This document shows, piece after piece, positions 10,830 to 20,729 of a stretch of 43,791 nucleotides of DNA. Within the stretch, counting starts at the first letter, position 1. Each line of letters starts with the position of its first letter. The position numbers and the translations under genes are program-made. Source of the stretch: an uncultured Gemmatimonadota bacterium. GTDB taxonomy: Bacteria > Gemmatimonadota > Gemmatimonadetes > Palauibacterales > KS3-K002. The notes under the pieces are model-generated. The model was not told the DNA's origin. It saw only the letters and a program-made list of their open reading frames with translations, and ran no database searches. The stretch lies in the NCBI GenBank assembly GCA_964347815.1, contig CAYGAJ010000002.1, positions 1-43,791 on the forward strand, read 5' to 3'.

Positions 10830-11147
10830 CGCGTACCCTGTCGACACGTCTTCGTGATCCCGGTCCGGCGCACCCGCGATCCGCCGGCAACGCTCAGCAA
10901 GATTAGGCGTCAACGGGACCGGCGTCGAGTCGCGGCCTTTTGGGCACCTCGTTGATCCTTGGCCCGCGCCGCGGCATATTGCTGGCCTGAACGTTCTCTG
11001 GGTCGGCTTGGGCCCGTTCCATCTCCTATTGGCGAGCGGAAGGTGATGGCGCCTGGCCAGAGCGATTCGCTCCTGACACGCACGTTGATCACGCGGTAGT
11101 GACGCCGACCGGACCGACGCGCTTTCGGCGGGCGCGGGCGATTCTTT

Positions 11148-13436
11148 ATGGGTGACTACTCGAAAGCGGCGCGCGCGGGGCGCGAGAGCGACGTCTTCCT
11201 GAGTCTGCTGCTGGAGCAGATGCCGGCCATCCTCTGGTCGGTGGACGCCGAGCTACGCTTCACCTCGTCGCTGGGCGCGGCGCTCGCGACTTTGAACCTC
11301 AGCCCGAACCAGGTGCTGGGGACTTCGCTCTTCGAGTACTTCGGGACGGACGACCCGGACTTCGTCCCGATCGCGGCCCATCTGAAAGCCTTACAGGGAC
11401 AAGAGAGCAGCTACGAGTTCTCCTGGGAGGATCGAACCTTTCGGTGCCACGTCGAGCCTTTGCGCGACCCGCACGGCGAGATCCTGGGCGCCCTCGGCGT
11501 CGCATTCGACGTTACCCCGGGGAAACGGGCTGAAGACGCGCTCAAGGTCAGCGAGCGCAGGTACCGCCGGCTGTTCGAGGACTCACGCGACGCGATCTAC
11601 GTCAGCTCGACCGACGGGGTGTTGCTGGAGTTCAACCGTTCGATGCTCGAGATGTTCGGGTACAGCCCGGAGGAGATGCGAGAGCTGAATGCGGAGGTGC
11701 TCTACCTTCACCGGGAGGACCGCAAGCGCTTTCAGGAGGCGATCGAGAGCCAGGGCTCGGTGCAGGACTTCGAGGTGCAGCTCGTCACGAAGGACGGGCG
11801 GGTGATGCACTGCCTGCTGAGCTCGAGCCTGCAGCACGGGGAAGATGGCGAAGTCATCGGCTACCAGGGGATCATACACGACATCACTCAGCGCAAGATC
11901 GCCGAGGAGACGCTCCGCAAAGAGAAGGAGTTTTCAGACGCAGCGCTCGAGAGCTTGCCCGGCTTGTTCTACCTGTTCGACGAGCGCGGACGATTCCTTC
12001 GCTGGAATCGGAACCTGGAGTGGGTGACCGGTTACACGGCGGCGGACCTCAGCGTCATGCAACCGTTGGATATCGTGGCCCCTGCGGACAGACCGCGGCT
12101 GGAGCGCTGCATGGCGGATGTTTTCAGCAAAGGCTCATCGAGCTCAGAGGCCGATCTGTTGAAAGAGGACGGCTCGACGACACCGTACTTCTTTACCGGG
12201 ACACTGATCGAGATCGCCGGCAGGCCCTGCGTCGTGGGGATGGCGATGGACCTGGAAAGCCAGCGGCGCTTGGAGGAACAGCTGCGTCAGTCGCAGAAGA
12301 TGGAGGCGATTGGACAGCTGGCCGGGGGGGTGGCGCATGACTTCAACAACATACTGACCGTCATCCTGTCCAACGCGGACATCCTGCTGAGCGCCCTTGG
12401 CCCGGAAGACCCGCGACGGGAAGAGCTGGAGGGGATACGCGAAGCGTCGCAGCGCGCGGCGTCGTTGACGAGGCAGCTACTGGCTTTCAGTCGCAAGCAG
12501 ATGTTGCGCCCCAAGATCGTCAACCTAAACTCGGCCATCGTCAACCTCGAGAACATGCTGCGCCGTCTCATCGGCGAAGACATCGAGCTCATCACCTTGC
12601 TCGATCCTGCGCTCTGGTTGGTCGAGGCGGATCCGGGTCAAATCGAGCAGGTGGTGATGAACCTCGCGGTCAACGCCCGGGACGCGATGCCACGCGGTGG
12701 TAAGCTCGTGATCGAAACCGGCAATCTGGAGGTGGATGAGGAGTTTGCCGACAGCCACTACGCGGTCGTTCCCGGCTGCTATGTCACGCTGCTCGTCTCC
12801 GACAACGGCGTCGGGATGACCGCCGAGACGCGTGAGCGGATATTCGAGCCGTTCTTCACGACCAAGCAGCGAAGCAAGGGAACCGGCCTCGGTCTCAGCA
12901 CCGTCTACGGGATCGTGAAGCAAAGCGGCGGCTTCATCTGGGCACACAGCGACTTTGGGAAGGGCACAACCTTCAAGGTCTACCTGCCGAGGGCCGACGA
13001 CACCGCGGCGACCCCGCAGCGCCCCGCCCGTTGGGCCGCCGCACCTCAGGGTTCAGAGACGGTGCTGCTGGTCGAAGATGAGGACTCCGTTCGAGAGCTT
13101 GCTCGAAGGATTCTCGTGGACCGTGGCTATCGAGTCTTGGAGGCCGCGGACGCCACACAGGCTCTAGAGGTCTCCCGAGTCCACCCCGAGCCGATACACC
13201 TGCTGCTCACCGATGTGGTCATGCCCGGACTGAACGGTCGAGAATTGGCCGATCGGCTGCGCCCTCAACGGCCCGGGATGGAGGTGCTCTACATGTCCGG
13301 GTACAGCGACCACGCCGTGTTGCGTGACCGGACCCTGAATTCGGGCACCAACTTCCTCCACAAGCCCTTCACACCGGAGTCGCTGGCCCGTCGCGTAAGA
13401 GACGTGCTGGATCTGCGCCGGCCTGCAGGCCGCTGA
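11148..13436 (+). CDS. PAS-domain hybrid sensor histidine kinase / response regulator
   Basis: Three PAS-like modules. H-box ([14 protein letters not shown]). HATPase N/G boxes ([30 protein letters not shown]). C-terminal receiver ([11 protein letters not shown]...[10 protein letters not shown]...KPF). Confidence 0.9.
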   Translation: MGDYSKAARAGRESDVFLSLLLEQMPAILWSVDAELRFTSSLGAALATLNLSPNQVLGTSLFEYFGTDDPDFVPIAAHLKALQGQESSYEFSWEDRTFRCHVEPLRDPHGEILGALGVAFDVTPGKRAEDALKVSERRYRRLFEDSRDAIYVSSTDGVLLEFNRSMLEMFGYSPEEMRELNAEVLYLHREDRKRFQEAIESQGSVQDFEVQLVTKDGRVMHCLLSSSLQHGEDGEVIGYQGIIHDITQRKIAEETLRKEKEFSDAALESLPGLFYLFDERGRFLRWNRNLEWVTGYTAADLSVMQPLDIVAPADRPRLERCMADVFSKGSSSSEADLLKEDGSTTPYFFTGTLIEIAGRPCVVGMAMDLESQRRLEEQLRQSQKMEAIGQLAGGVAHDFNNILTVILSNADILLSALGPEDPRREELEGIREASQRAASLTRQLLAFSRKQMLRPKIVNLNSAIVNLENMLRRLIGEDIELITLLDPALWLVEADPGQIEQVVMNLAVNARDAMPRGGKLVIETGNLEVDEEFADSHYAVVPGCYVTLLVSDNGVGMTAETRERIFEPFFTTKQRSKGTGLGLSTVYGIVKQSGGFIWAHSDFGKGTTFKVYLPRADDTAATPQRPARWAAAPQGSETVLLVEDEDSVRELARRILVDRGYRVLEAADATQALEVSRVHPEPIHLLLTDVVMPGLNGRELADRLRPQRPGMEVLYMSGYSDHAVLRDRTLNSGTNFLHKPFTPESLARRVRDVLDLRRPAGR

Positions 13437-13529
13437 CCTCTCTGGCGTCAACTCCGTTCTCTACGCAACTTTGGCGTACGCGCCCCCGACCCTTCAACAC
13501 CGCCGCCTGATGCAAGCGAGGTTGAACCT

Positions 13530-14807
13530 ATGACGCGGGTCTCTTCCCGCGCCGGCCCGACGGGCCTGCACGAACGCGATCACGAGCTTTGGTGCGAGGA
13601 CGTGCCGCTGGCTGAGATCGCGGCGGAGCTGGGCACGCCCTGCTTCGTCTACAGCGAGGCAGCGATCCGGGAGCGCTTCGCGGCCTTCAAGAGCGCTTTC
13701 TCGTCGTTGCCACACCGGGTTTTCTACTCGGTCAAGGCGAATCACAACCTGTCGATACTGCGGTTGATGCGGAGCCTGGGTGCCGGTGTGGATGTCGTCT
13801 CGCTCGGCGAGCTTTACCGGGCCCAGCAGGCTGGATTTGCAGGTGATGAGATCGTTTTCGGCGGGGTGGGGAAGCGAACCGACGAGCTGGAGGCGGCAGT
13901 CGCCGCGGGTGTGCTCTTGGTCAACGTCGAATCGGAGCACGAGCTGCAAATCCTGGCCGAGCTGGCGGCGGCTCGAGGGGCACGCGTGCCCGTCGCAGTG
14001 CGCGTCAACCCGGGTGTGCAAGCCATGACGCACAGCTTCACTCAGACGGGTCACTACAAGACCAAGTTTGGCGTGGCCTGGGAAGAAGCGGAGGAGCTGT
14101 ACGGGCTGGCGGCTCGCGATGCGCATCTGGATCCGGTCGGAATCGACGCACACATCGGCTCTCAGATTCTATCGCATGAGCCGTACTTGCAGACGCTCGA
14201 GCGCCTGGCCGACCTGATAGAGCGGATCAGGGGGCGCGGCATCGATCTCCGCTACCTCGACATCGGCGGCGGTTTCGGCGTCGCACACGACGGCACAACC
14301 GCGCTCGAGCTGTGGGCCATCGCCGAAGCGGCCGCCGGGCTGACCGCGCGGTTCGAGATGACCTGCCTGGTCGAACCGGGGCGCTGGCTCGTCGCGCCGG
14401 CGGGCGTGTTGATTACCCGGGTGCTTTACCGCAAACATCTCGGGGACCAGCTCTATTATGTGGTCGACGCCGGGTCAAACGATTTTCTGCGGCCCAGCTA
14501 CTATGGCGCCGAGCATCCGATCGAACCCGTTCGCCAACGCGCGGCTACGACGACGGCCGATGTCGTCGGCCCGGTGTGCGAGACGGGGGACTTCCTCGCT
14601 CGGGGCTGTCGGCTTCCGGATCTGGCGGCGGGCGAACTACTGGTCCTGCGTTACGCAGGTGCGTACGGGTCGGTCATGAGCTCGAACTACAACTCCCGCC
14701 CCCGAGCGGCCGAGGTGCTGGTGTCCGGCAGCGACTACCGCGTGGTCCGGCGTCGGGAGACGCTCGAAGACTTGATTGCCGAGGAGCTTGACTCGCCGCT
14801 TGCTTAG
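13530..14807 (+). CDS. lysA: Diaminopimelate decarboxylase
   Basis: PLP-dependent Orn/DAP/Arg decarboxylase family 2 motifs: FYSVKAN (PLP lysine), DIGGGFGV, GPVCETGDFL, and the YGSVMSSNYNSRPR tail. Confidence 0.9.
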   Translation: MTRVSSRAGPTGLHERDHELWCEDVPLAEIAAELGTPCFVYSEAAIRERFAAFKSAFSSLPHRVFYSVKANHNLSILRLMRSLGAGVDVVSLGELYRAQQAGFAGDEIVFGGVGKRTDELEAAVAAGVLLVNVESEHELQILAELAAARGARVPVAVRVNPGVQAMTHSFTQTGHYKTKFGVAWEEAEELYGLAARDAHLDPVGIDAHIGSQILSHEPYLQTLERLADLIERIRGRGIDLRYLDIGGGFGVAHDGTTALELWAIAEAAAGLTARFEMTCLVEPGRWLVAPAGVLITRVLYRKHLGDQLYYVVDAGSNDFLRPSYYGAEHPIEPVRQRAATTTADVVGPVCETGDFLARGCRLPDLAAGELLVLRYAGAYGSVMSSNYNSRPRAAEVLVSGSDYRVVRRRETLEDLIAEELDSPLA

Positions 14808-14880
14808 CGCAACGCGACGCGCGGGGGCAGAACCGCAATCATAGGGACCGCGTCGACGAGAGCCCGTGGCGGCACGGACG

Positions 14881-14898
14881 AGGGCCGAGGGCGCGGCC
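14881..14898. terminator. Short GC hairpin between convergent lysA and the hypothetical gene
   Basis: GGGCCG-AGGGCG-CGGCCC (6-bp stem), immediately outside the stop at 14902. There is no clear U-tract. Confidence 0.35.
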
Positions 14899-14901
14899 CT
14901 G

Positions 14902-15714
14902 CTATCGCTCCGTCCGGCGATCCGGATCGCACCAGGCTTCGGTGCCAAAGACGGCCTCGAGACCCTCGACCATGAGGTCGCCGAGCCGTTCGATGACCTC
15001 GCCCACCCGTTCCGCCAGGTCTTCCCACTCGACCTGGGCACGCCGCCTGCCGGCGGCCGCCGAGCCCGTCGTGATGCGAGACGTCAATTCCACCAGCGGA
15101 TCGATCTCCGGGCGCGTGGCGCCCAGCAGTGTCATGACGTCGGCGTGGGCGATCGACCCCGACTCAACCAGTCGGGCCAGCGAGAGCAAGGACTCGGGCC
15201 GGACCATGCGGAGCGAGTGCGTGCGGGACTCCGACTGGATCGACTTCTCCAGGTGGCGTGGATCAATTCCGGGCTCGGTCAGGATGTACAGCCCCAAAGC
15301 CCGATCCCAACCCGCGATCCGCCGCTCGTGGATGAGCTGCTCCAGGAGGCGGGCAAGCGTCGGGCGCTGGTCCGCATACGACTCGCGGCGCCTGATTTCC
15401 ACGACGACCTGGTCACCGGCGGGCGAGACCCAGCGCCCGTGACTGGCGATCGACCCGGGTAGGCGAACGTAGGGTCCGTACTCGACATCGAAACCGAGTC
15501 GGGTGCCGAGGTGGTTGAGCAGATCCTGCAGCGCGCGATCGTGCTGCTCATCCGGGCGGGCACGGCAGGTCCGGATGTAATCGTCAATTACGTCGAGATC
15601 GGGGGCGTTGTCGCGAAGAAAGTTACGGAAACGCGTCCTCCCGGTCTCCGATCCGGGAGCGTCGTCGAGCCGGCCGAAACCTCCGAGCAGCTCATCAAGC
15701 GATCGAGCGGCCAT
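14902..15714 (-). CDS. Hypothetical protein with a possible PD-(D/E)xK (Mrr/restriction-endonuclease-like) core
   Basis: Longest ORF in the interval. ATG at 15714 is preceded by GGAG (the ORF track start at 15753 is a TTG). The segment ALQDLLNHLGTRLGFDVEY...SHGRWVSPAGDQVVVEIRR...LARLLEQL...LGLYILTE resembles the helix-strand-strand-(E-x-K/R)-helix-strand layout of Mrr-type nuclease folds. This is an inference only. Confidence 0.6.
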   Translation of the reverse strand: MAARSLDELLGGFGRLDDAPGSETGRTRFRNFLRDNAPDLDVIDDYIRTCRARPDEQHDRALQDLLNHLGTRLGFDVEYGPYVRLPGSIASHGRWVSPAGDQVVVEIRRRESYADQRPTLARLLEQLIHERRIAGWDRALGLYILTEPGIDPRHLEKSIQSESRTHSLRMVRPESLLSLARLVESGSIAHADVMTLLGATRPEIDPLVELTSRITTGSAAAGRRRAQVEWEDLAERVGEVIERLGDLMVEGLEAVFGTEAWCDPDRRTER

Positions 15715-15814
15715 CTGCGTGCTCCATTGCGGAAGATCCGTCTGGACGGTCAAATGGGAAGGAGATCGCCGTTAGTCAAGACATCCCGCTCAAACAGATC
15801 GTGAGGGGTCTATC

Positions 15815-15991
15815 GTGCAAGTTCCTGAAGACGTCTATGCGAGAATCGCTAGAGAGATCGAGAGCGACGTGAGTCCGGTGGGGATCGACGCCAAGAAGAC
15901 CCACGTCATCATCCTCCACCTGTTGGCACGGATCGAGGAACGGCTGGCTCGACTTGAGCGGGCGGTCGGAGTCAAAACCCCGGATTCCTGA
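15815..15991 (+). CDS. Possible small (58 aa) helical protein
   Basis: GTG at 15815 is preceded by GAGGGG with a 6-nt spacer. The sequence VQVPEDVYARIAREIESDV...LLARIEERLARLERAVG is coiled-coil-like. It is below the ORF-track cutoff, has two rare AGA codons, and its 3' end overlaps the convergent LEA14-like gene by 20 nt. Confidence 0.25.
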   Translation: MQVPEDVYARIAREIESDVSPVGIDAKKTHVIILHLLARIEERLARLERAVGVKTPDS

Positions 15992-16481
15992 CCGGCACCT
16001 CGCCGCGGGTTCGGAAGCTGAGGTTGCGGCCGCCGAACGAGGTCTCGACTCGGAGCCGCGATTCCAGCTGGTAGTTGACCGAACCGCGCTCCAGCAACGC
16101 GCGGGCACCGGCGCCCAACCCCTCCCAGGTGAATTCGGCCGGGACCCGGACTCGCGTATGCATGCCTGCTCCTAACGCGGCGGCCTCGTTCAGCAGGGCG
16201 CGCCCGAACTGCCTGCCCTCCAGCTCGAGATCGGCTTCTACCCGCGTCGTCCGTAGCTCGTAGTCATTCGGGTTGAACACATCGAGCCAGAGAACCAGCG
16301 ACACGCCAGAAAGGTCGAGACCGGTTACCTCGATCGCCTCCAGGCTGACATCCGGCTGCTCGAAACGGATCCGCTGAAAGGCCGCGCACGACAGAGCCCC
16401 CGAGCCGAGAAGCGTGATGACGAGCGCTCGTTGAACGGTTCGGATCAGGGATCGAGGTCCGGCATTCGCTTTTTTTCTCAT
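15972..16481 (-). CDS. LEA14-like / LEA_2 (WHy-domain) protein with signal peptide
   Basis: PDVSLEAIEVTGLDLSGVSLVLWLDVFNPNDYELRTTRVEADLELEG matches the beta-sandwich NPN signature of LEA_2/NDR1-HIN1-like proteins. ATG at 16481 gives a signal peptide (LLGSGALSC, possible lipobox). Confidence 0.75.
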   Translation of the reverse strand: MRKKANAGPRSLIRTVQRALVITLLGSGALSCAAFQRIRFEQPDVSLEAIEVTGLDLSGVSLVLWLDVFNPNDYELRTTRVEADLELEGRQFGRALLNEAAALGAGMHTRVRVPAEFTWEGLGAGARALLERGSVNYQLESRLRVETSFGGRNLSFRTRGEVPVRNPGF

Positions 16482-16638
16482 CCGGGCGCGATCTCCCTCC
16501 CACTCGCTGTTGACGCCTTCGACCACCCGGTGCCGACAAGATGGCCTTTCAGGCGGGTGCCAGCGAGAGGGGCCGCCGAGGGAAGCGGAGGGTGGGGCGG
16601 AGGGGCCAAGTGTATAAGAGATGTCCACGTGTTATATC

Positions 16639-16667
16639 TTGACATCCATGGGACAAGAGCCTACTTT
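16639..16667 (+). promoter_or_regulatory. Sigma70-type promoter candidate for the LON-domain gene
   Basis: TTGACA (16639-16644), a 17-nt spacer, then TACTTT (16662-16667), ~35 nt upstream of ATG 16703. It sits in a locally AT-rich patch that also carries the GATGTC...GACATC inverted repeat and CACGTG. Confidence 0.4.
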
Positions 16668-16702
16668 GAACGTCAGGCGAATCCTAAGCGGGTGCTCCCG
16701 AG

Positions 16703-17320
16703 ATGGCCGAGTTGAAGCGAATACCGCTGTTTGTCCTCCCCACCGTCCTGCTGCCGGGCGGCCACCTGCCCCTGCACGTATTCGAGCCGCGGTACCGTCA
16801 GATGGTCGCACGCTGCCTCGAATACGACAAACGGTTCGGGCTGCTGTTTCACCGAGACGATCTGTACACGGAGGTTCGCATCGAGCCGGGGCGTATCGGC
16901 TGCATCGCGGAGATCGGCAGCTTCCAACCGCTGCCGGACGGGCGCTCGCTGATGCTGACGGAGGGGGTGGAGCGCTTCCGAATCGAGGAGGTGGTGGACT
17001 CGGACACCCTGTATACCGAGGCGTTGGTGGATGCGTATGAGGATGAGCCGCAAGACGAGGCTGAGCTGACCGCACGGCGGCAAGTTTCCATTGATCTCTT
17101 CCATGCTCTGCTGCGCACGCTCCCGGAGCCGCCGGTCAAGGTGCCGGACCTCAATCCTCGTCACGAGACCTCGTTCACGATCGCCTCGACCATCGAGATC
17201 GATCCGGCCTGGCAACAGGGACTGCTCGAGCTCAGGAGTGAGCTGGCGCGATTGGACCGGATCGATGAGCTGTTGCGCCGGGTCCTCGACTCCCGCCTGG
17301 GCATGAGCGAGTTCCTGTAG
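16703..17320 (+). CDS. LON-protease substrate-binding (N-terminal) domain protein
   Basis: IPLFVLPTVLLPGGHLPLHVFEPRYRQMV is the hallmark start of the LON N-terminal / PUA-like domain. At ~205 aa it has no AAA+ or protease domain. Confidence 0.85.
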   Translation: MAELKRIPLFVLPTVLLPGGHLPLHVFEPRYRQMVARCLEYDKRFGLLFHRDDLYTEVRIEPGRIGCIAEIGSFQPLPDGRSLMLTEGVERFRIEEVVDSDTLYTEALVDAYEDEPQDEAELTARRQVSIDLFHALLRTLPEPPVKVPDLNPRHETSFTIASTIEIDPAWQQGLLELRSELARLDRIDELLRRVLDSRLGMSEFL

Positions 17321-17527
17321 GCCGGCGACTGAGGCCGCCTTTCCACCGGTGCCGTGGCGCGGCCGCCTCACAGGGCGGACCCTGGGCGCAGGTGGAGGGA
17401 GGAGGGGAAGCAAGCTAAGACTAGTAATTGTTATCGGTTAGCATTTCGTAGCCCCTCCCTGATCCCGCCCCGGGTCTGCCTCTTGCGTCCAGTCGGCTAA
17501 GACGCGATCAGCCAGGAGCTTAAGCGC

Positions 17528-19171
17528 ATGCGGCCCACCATCTCGGATCACACCGCTTCGGATCCCACGGCCCACATCCGTAAGAGCCTCGAGCAAGCCG
17601 GGGTCGAGATCTCCGGCCCCATCACCCCCGAATACGCGGAAATTCTTACGCCGGAAGCCCTTCAGTTCGTGGGGCGGATGTCGCGGGAGTTCGAGGGGCG
17701 CCGTCAGTCGCTGCTCACCGCACGGGTCGAGCGTCAGCAGGCCTGGGACGAAGGGGGCGCGCCCGGTTTCCGGCCTGAAACGCGAGATGTCCGGGAGGCC
17801 GACTGGCAGGTTGCCGGGATCCCTCAGGATCTTCGCGACCGGCGGGTTGAGATCACGGGGCCAGTCGATCGCAAGATGATCATCAACGCCCTGAACTCGG
17901 GTGCGAACGTGTTCATGGCGGACTTCGAGGATGCGAACGCTCCCACGTGGGCGAACAACGTCGAAGGCCAGATCAACCTGCGGGATGCGGTCAGGCGTGA
18001 GATCAGCTTTACGAGTCCAGAGGGCAAGCAGTACGAGCTGGGCGAGAAGATCGCGACCTTGCTCGTGCGTCCTCGCGGCTGGCACCTGAACGAGAAGCAC
18101 GTTCGGATCGATGGCCAGCCGATTTCAGCCTCGCTCTTCGACTTCGGCCTTTTCTTCTTCCACAACGCCGCCGCCCAGGTCGAACGAGGCACAGGCCCGT
18201 ACTTCTACCTGCCGAAGCTCGAGAGCTATCACGAGGCGCGCCTGTGGAACGACGTCTTCCTCTGGGCGCAGGACCGGCTGGGCATGCCGCGGGGCACGAT
18301 CCGCGCGACCGTGCTGATCGAGACGCTGCCGGCGGCCTTCGAGATGGACGAGATCCTTTACGAGTTGCGCGAACACTCGTCGGGTCTCAACTGCGGCCGC
18401 TGGGACTACATCTTCAGCTTCATCAAGAAGTTTCGCGGCCATCCCGGTTACGTGTTGCCGGACCGTGGCCAGGTCACGATGGACCGGCACTTCTTGAACT
18501 CCTACGTCGAGCTCTTGATCAAGACCTGCCACCGGCGGGGGATTCACGCGATGGGCGGTATGGCGGCGCAGATCCCGATCAAGAGCGATCCCGAGGCCAA
18601 CGAGCGTGCGCTGGAGAAGGTCCGCCAGGACAAGCTGCGCGAGGTCCGGGCGGGACACGATGGCACCTGGGTCGCGCACCCCGGCCTCGTCTCGATCGCC
18701 CGGTCGATCTTCGATGACGGCATGGCCGGTCCCAATCAACTCGATCGTCGCCGGGAAGACGTGAGGGTCACGGCGGAGGATTTGACTAAGGTCCCTGAAG
18801 GTCAGATCACCGAGCGCGGTCTGCGTCACAATATCGATGTCGGGATCCAGTATCTCGAGTCGTGGCTCCGAGGCATCGGTTGCGTCCCCATCTACAACCT
18901 GATGGAGGATGCGGCCACCGCGGAGATTTCACGGAGCCAGGTGTGGCAGTGGGTTCGGCACGGGGCGCAGCTCGAGGATGGCCGAACGATCAGCGCGGAT
19001 CTGGTGAGACAGACGATGGCGGAGGAATTGGAAAAGCTCCGCCGCGTGCTCGGGGCCGAGCGGTTCGATGGTGGTGACTTCGAGCTCGCCGCTGGAATCT
19101 TCGATGAGATCACGACGAAACCCGAGTTCACGGAATTCATGACCCTAGTCGCGTACGACCGCATCGACTGA
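17528..19171 (+). CDS. aceB: Malate synthase A
   Basis: [71 protein letters not shown]: canonical malate synthase A motifs at ~547 aa. Confidence 0.92.
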   Translation: MRPTISDHTASDPTAHIRKSLEQAGVEISGPITPEYAEILTPEALQFVGRMSREFEGRRQSLLTARVERQQAWDEGGAPGFRPETRDVREADWQVAGIPQDLRDRRVEITGPVDRKMIINALNSGANVFMADFEDANAPTWANNVEGQINLRDAVRREISFTSPEGKQYELGEKIATLLVRPRGWHLNEKHVRIDGQPISASLFDFGLFFFHNAAAQVERGTGPYFYLPKLESYHEARLWNDVFLWAQDRLGMPRGTIRATVLIETLPAAFEMDEILYELREHSSGLNCGRWDYIFSFIKKFRGHPGYVLPDRGQVTMDRHFLNSYVELLIKTCHRRGIHAMGGMAAQIPIKSDPEANERALEKVRQDKLREVRAGHDGTWVAHPGLVSIARSIFDDGMAGPNQLDRRREDVRVTAEDLTKVPEGQITERGLRHNIDVGIQYLESWLRGIGCVPIYNLMEDAATAEISRSQVWQWVRHGAQLEDGRTISADLVRQTMAEELEKLRRVLGAERFDGGDFELAAGIFDEITTKPEFTEFMTLVAYDRID

Positions 19172-19193
19172 ACCTCAGCCGCAGGGTGTGCCC

Positions 19194-20486
19194 ATGGACA
19201 AGCGTGCCTTCATCGAGAAGTTGAGCGGCGAGTGGCGCCGATCGCCGCGCTGGAAGGGTATCGAACGGTCGTATACCGCCGAGGACGTTTATCGGTTGCG
19301 GGGTACGGTCGGGATCGAATACAGCCTGGCCCGGCGCGGCGCGGCGAAGCTGTGGGAGCTTCTTCAGGGCGATAAACACATCGCCGCTCTCAGCTCGTTA
19401 ACCGGCAGCCAGGCGGTTCAGCAAGTTCGAGCGGGGCTGCAGTCGATCTACGTGAGCGGCTGGCAAGTGGCCGGAGACATGAACGCGGCGTTGCAAACCT
19501 ACCCGGACCAGAGCATGTACCCGGCCGACAGCGGCCCGCAGCTGGTCCGGCGCATCAACAACGCGCTATTACGGGCGGACCAGATAAACCACCTGAACGG
19601 CAAGAACAGTATCGATTGGCTGGTGCCCATCGTCGCCGACGCCGAGGCCGGATTCGGCGGTCTCCTCAATGTACACGAGCTGATGAAGGCCTATATCGAG
19701 GCGGGAACCGCTGCGGTTCACCTGGAAGATCAGCTGGCTTCACTGAAGAAGTGCGGTCACCTGGGCGGCAAGGTGCTGGTGCCGACGCGCGAGTTCGTTA
19801 CCAAGCTGGTCTCGGCGCGCCTGGCGGCCGATCTGTGCGGTGTCGACACCGTCATTATCGCGCGCACCGATGCCGAGAGCGCCACGATCTTGGCTAACGA
19901 CATCGATGAGTACGACCGCGAGTTCATGACCGGCGAACGGACGCCGGAAGGATTCCAGCGGGTGCGCTGCGGTGTCGAAGCGGCCATCCACCGGGGGCTC
20001 GCCTATTGTCCGCACGCCGATGTGATCTGGTTCGAGACGAAGACGCCCGACGTGGAGGAAGCACGAAAATTCGCCGAGGCGATCCACTCACATTATCCCG
20101 GCAAGCTGCTCGCCTACAACTGCTCGCCGTCGTTCAACTGGAAGAAGTACCTGAACGACGAGCAGATCGCGAGCTTCCAGAACGAACTGGGCGCACTGGG
20201 CTACAAGTACCAGTTCGTCACACTCTCCGGCTTCCATTCCGTGAACCACGCCATGTTCCTGCTGGCCACGGAGTACAAAGAGAAGGGAATGGCGGCGTAC
20301 GCCAAGCTTCAGGAAGCGGAGTTCGCTTCCGAGAAAGACGGGTACGAGGCGACCCGCCACCAGGAGTTCGTGGGCGCCGGCTACTTCGACGAGGTGACCC
20401 GCGTCGCTACCCACGGCTCCACTTCGACCCTGGCGCTGGAGGGTTCCACTGAGCAGGAGCAGTTCCAGGCCGCGGCAGGGGACTAG
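19194..20486 (+). CDS. aceA: Isocitrate lyase
   Basis: The [13 protein letters not shown] (KKCGH) active-site motif plus SGWQVAGD and ARTDAE. ATG 19194 is preferred over the in-frame GTG 19188, and the start is ambiguous by 2 codons. It begins 22 nt after aceB, so an operon is likely. Confidence 0.92.
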   Translation: MDKRAFIEKLSGEWRRSPRWKGIERSYTAEDVYRLRGTVGIEYSLARRGAAKLWELLQGDKHIAALSSLTGSQAVQQVRAGLQSIYVSGWQVAGDMNAALQTYPDQSMYPADSGPQLVRRINNALLRADQINHLNGKNSIDWLVPIVADAEAGFGGLLNVHELMKAYIEAGTAAVHLEDQLASLKKCGHLGGKVLVPTREFVTKLVSARLAADLCGVDTVIIARTDAESATILANDIDEYDREFMTGERTPEGFQRVRCGVEAAIHRGLAYCPHADVIWFETKTPDVEEARKFAEAIHSHYPGKLLAYNCSPSFNWKKYLNDEQIASFQNELGALGYKYQFVTLSGFHSVNHAMFLLATEYKEKGMAAYAKLQEAEFASEKDGYEATRHQEFVGAGYFDEVTRVATHGSTSTLALEGSTEQEQFQAAAGD

Positions 20487-20505
20487 AGCCGCGGCGCTGA
20501 CCGAG

Positions 20506-20536
20506 GGCCGCCGGGACCAGCCGAGGTCCGGCGGCC
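20506..20536. terminator. Terminator-like hairpin after aceA
   Basis: GGCCGCCGG ... CCGGCGGCC (9-bp stem, 13-nt loop) followed by TTTCC, 20 nt after the aceA stop and between convergent genes. Confidence 0.45.
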
Positions 20537-20729
20537 TTTCCCCCTCTTAGTAGCTCCTCCACACGACCGCGTACTTCACCAGCACCAGGCTCACGGCTGC
20601 GGGCTTCCCAGGCCATAAGCGCCTTCGATGCCGTTTTTCGGCCTACACAGGGCAGGAGGTTCAGAGCCGCTCTAAACCCACCGACGGGAGGTCGAAAAAT
20701 GGCTGTGGCGAGCCCGGCCGCCCCGAAGC

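Noticed and set aside
18661-18676. TGGCACCTGGGTCGCG, a sigma54-like -24/-12 match inside aceB.
   Set aside because: It lies within a strongly supported coding sequence, ~530 nt from the aceA start, with no obvious function. I treat it as a chance match and use it as a caution when interpreting the two intergenic matches.
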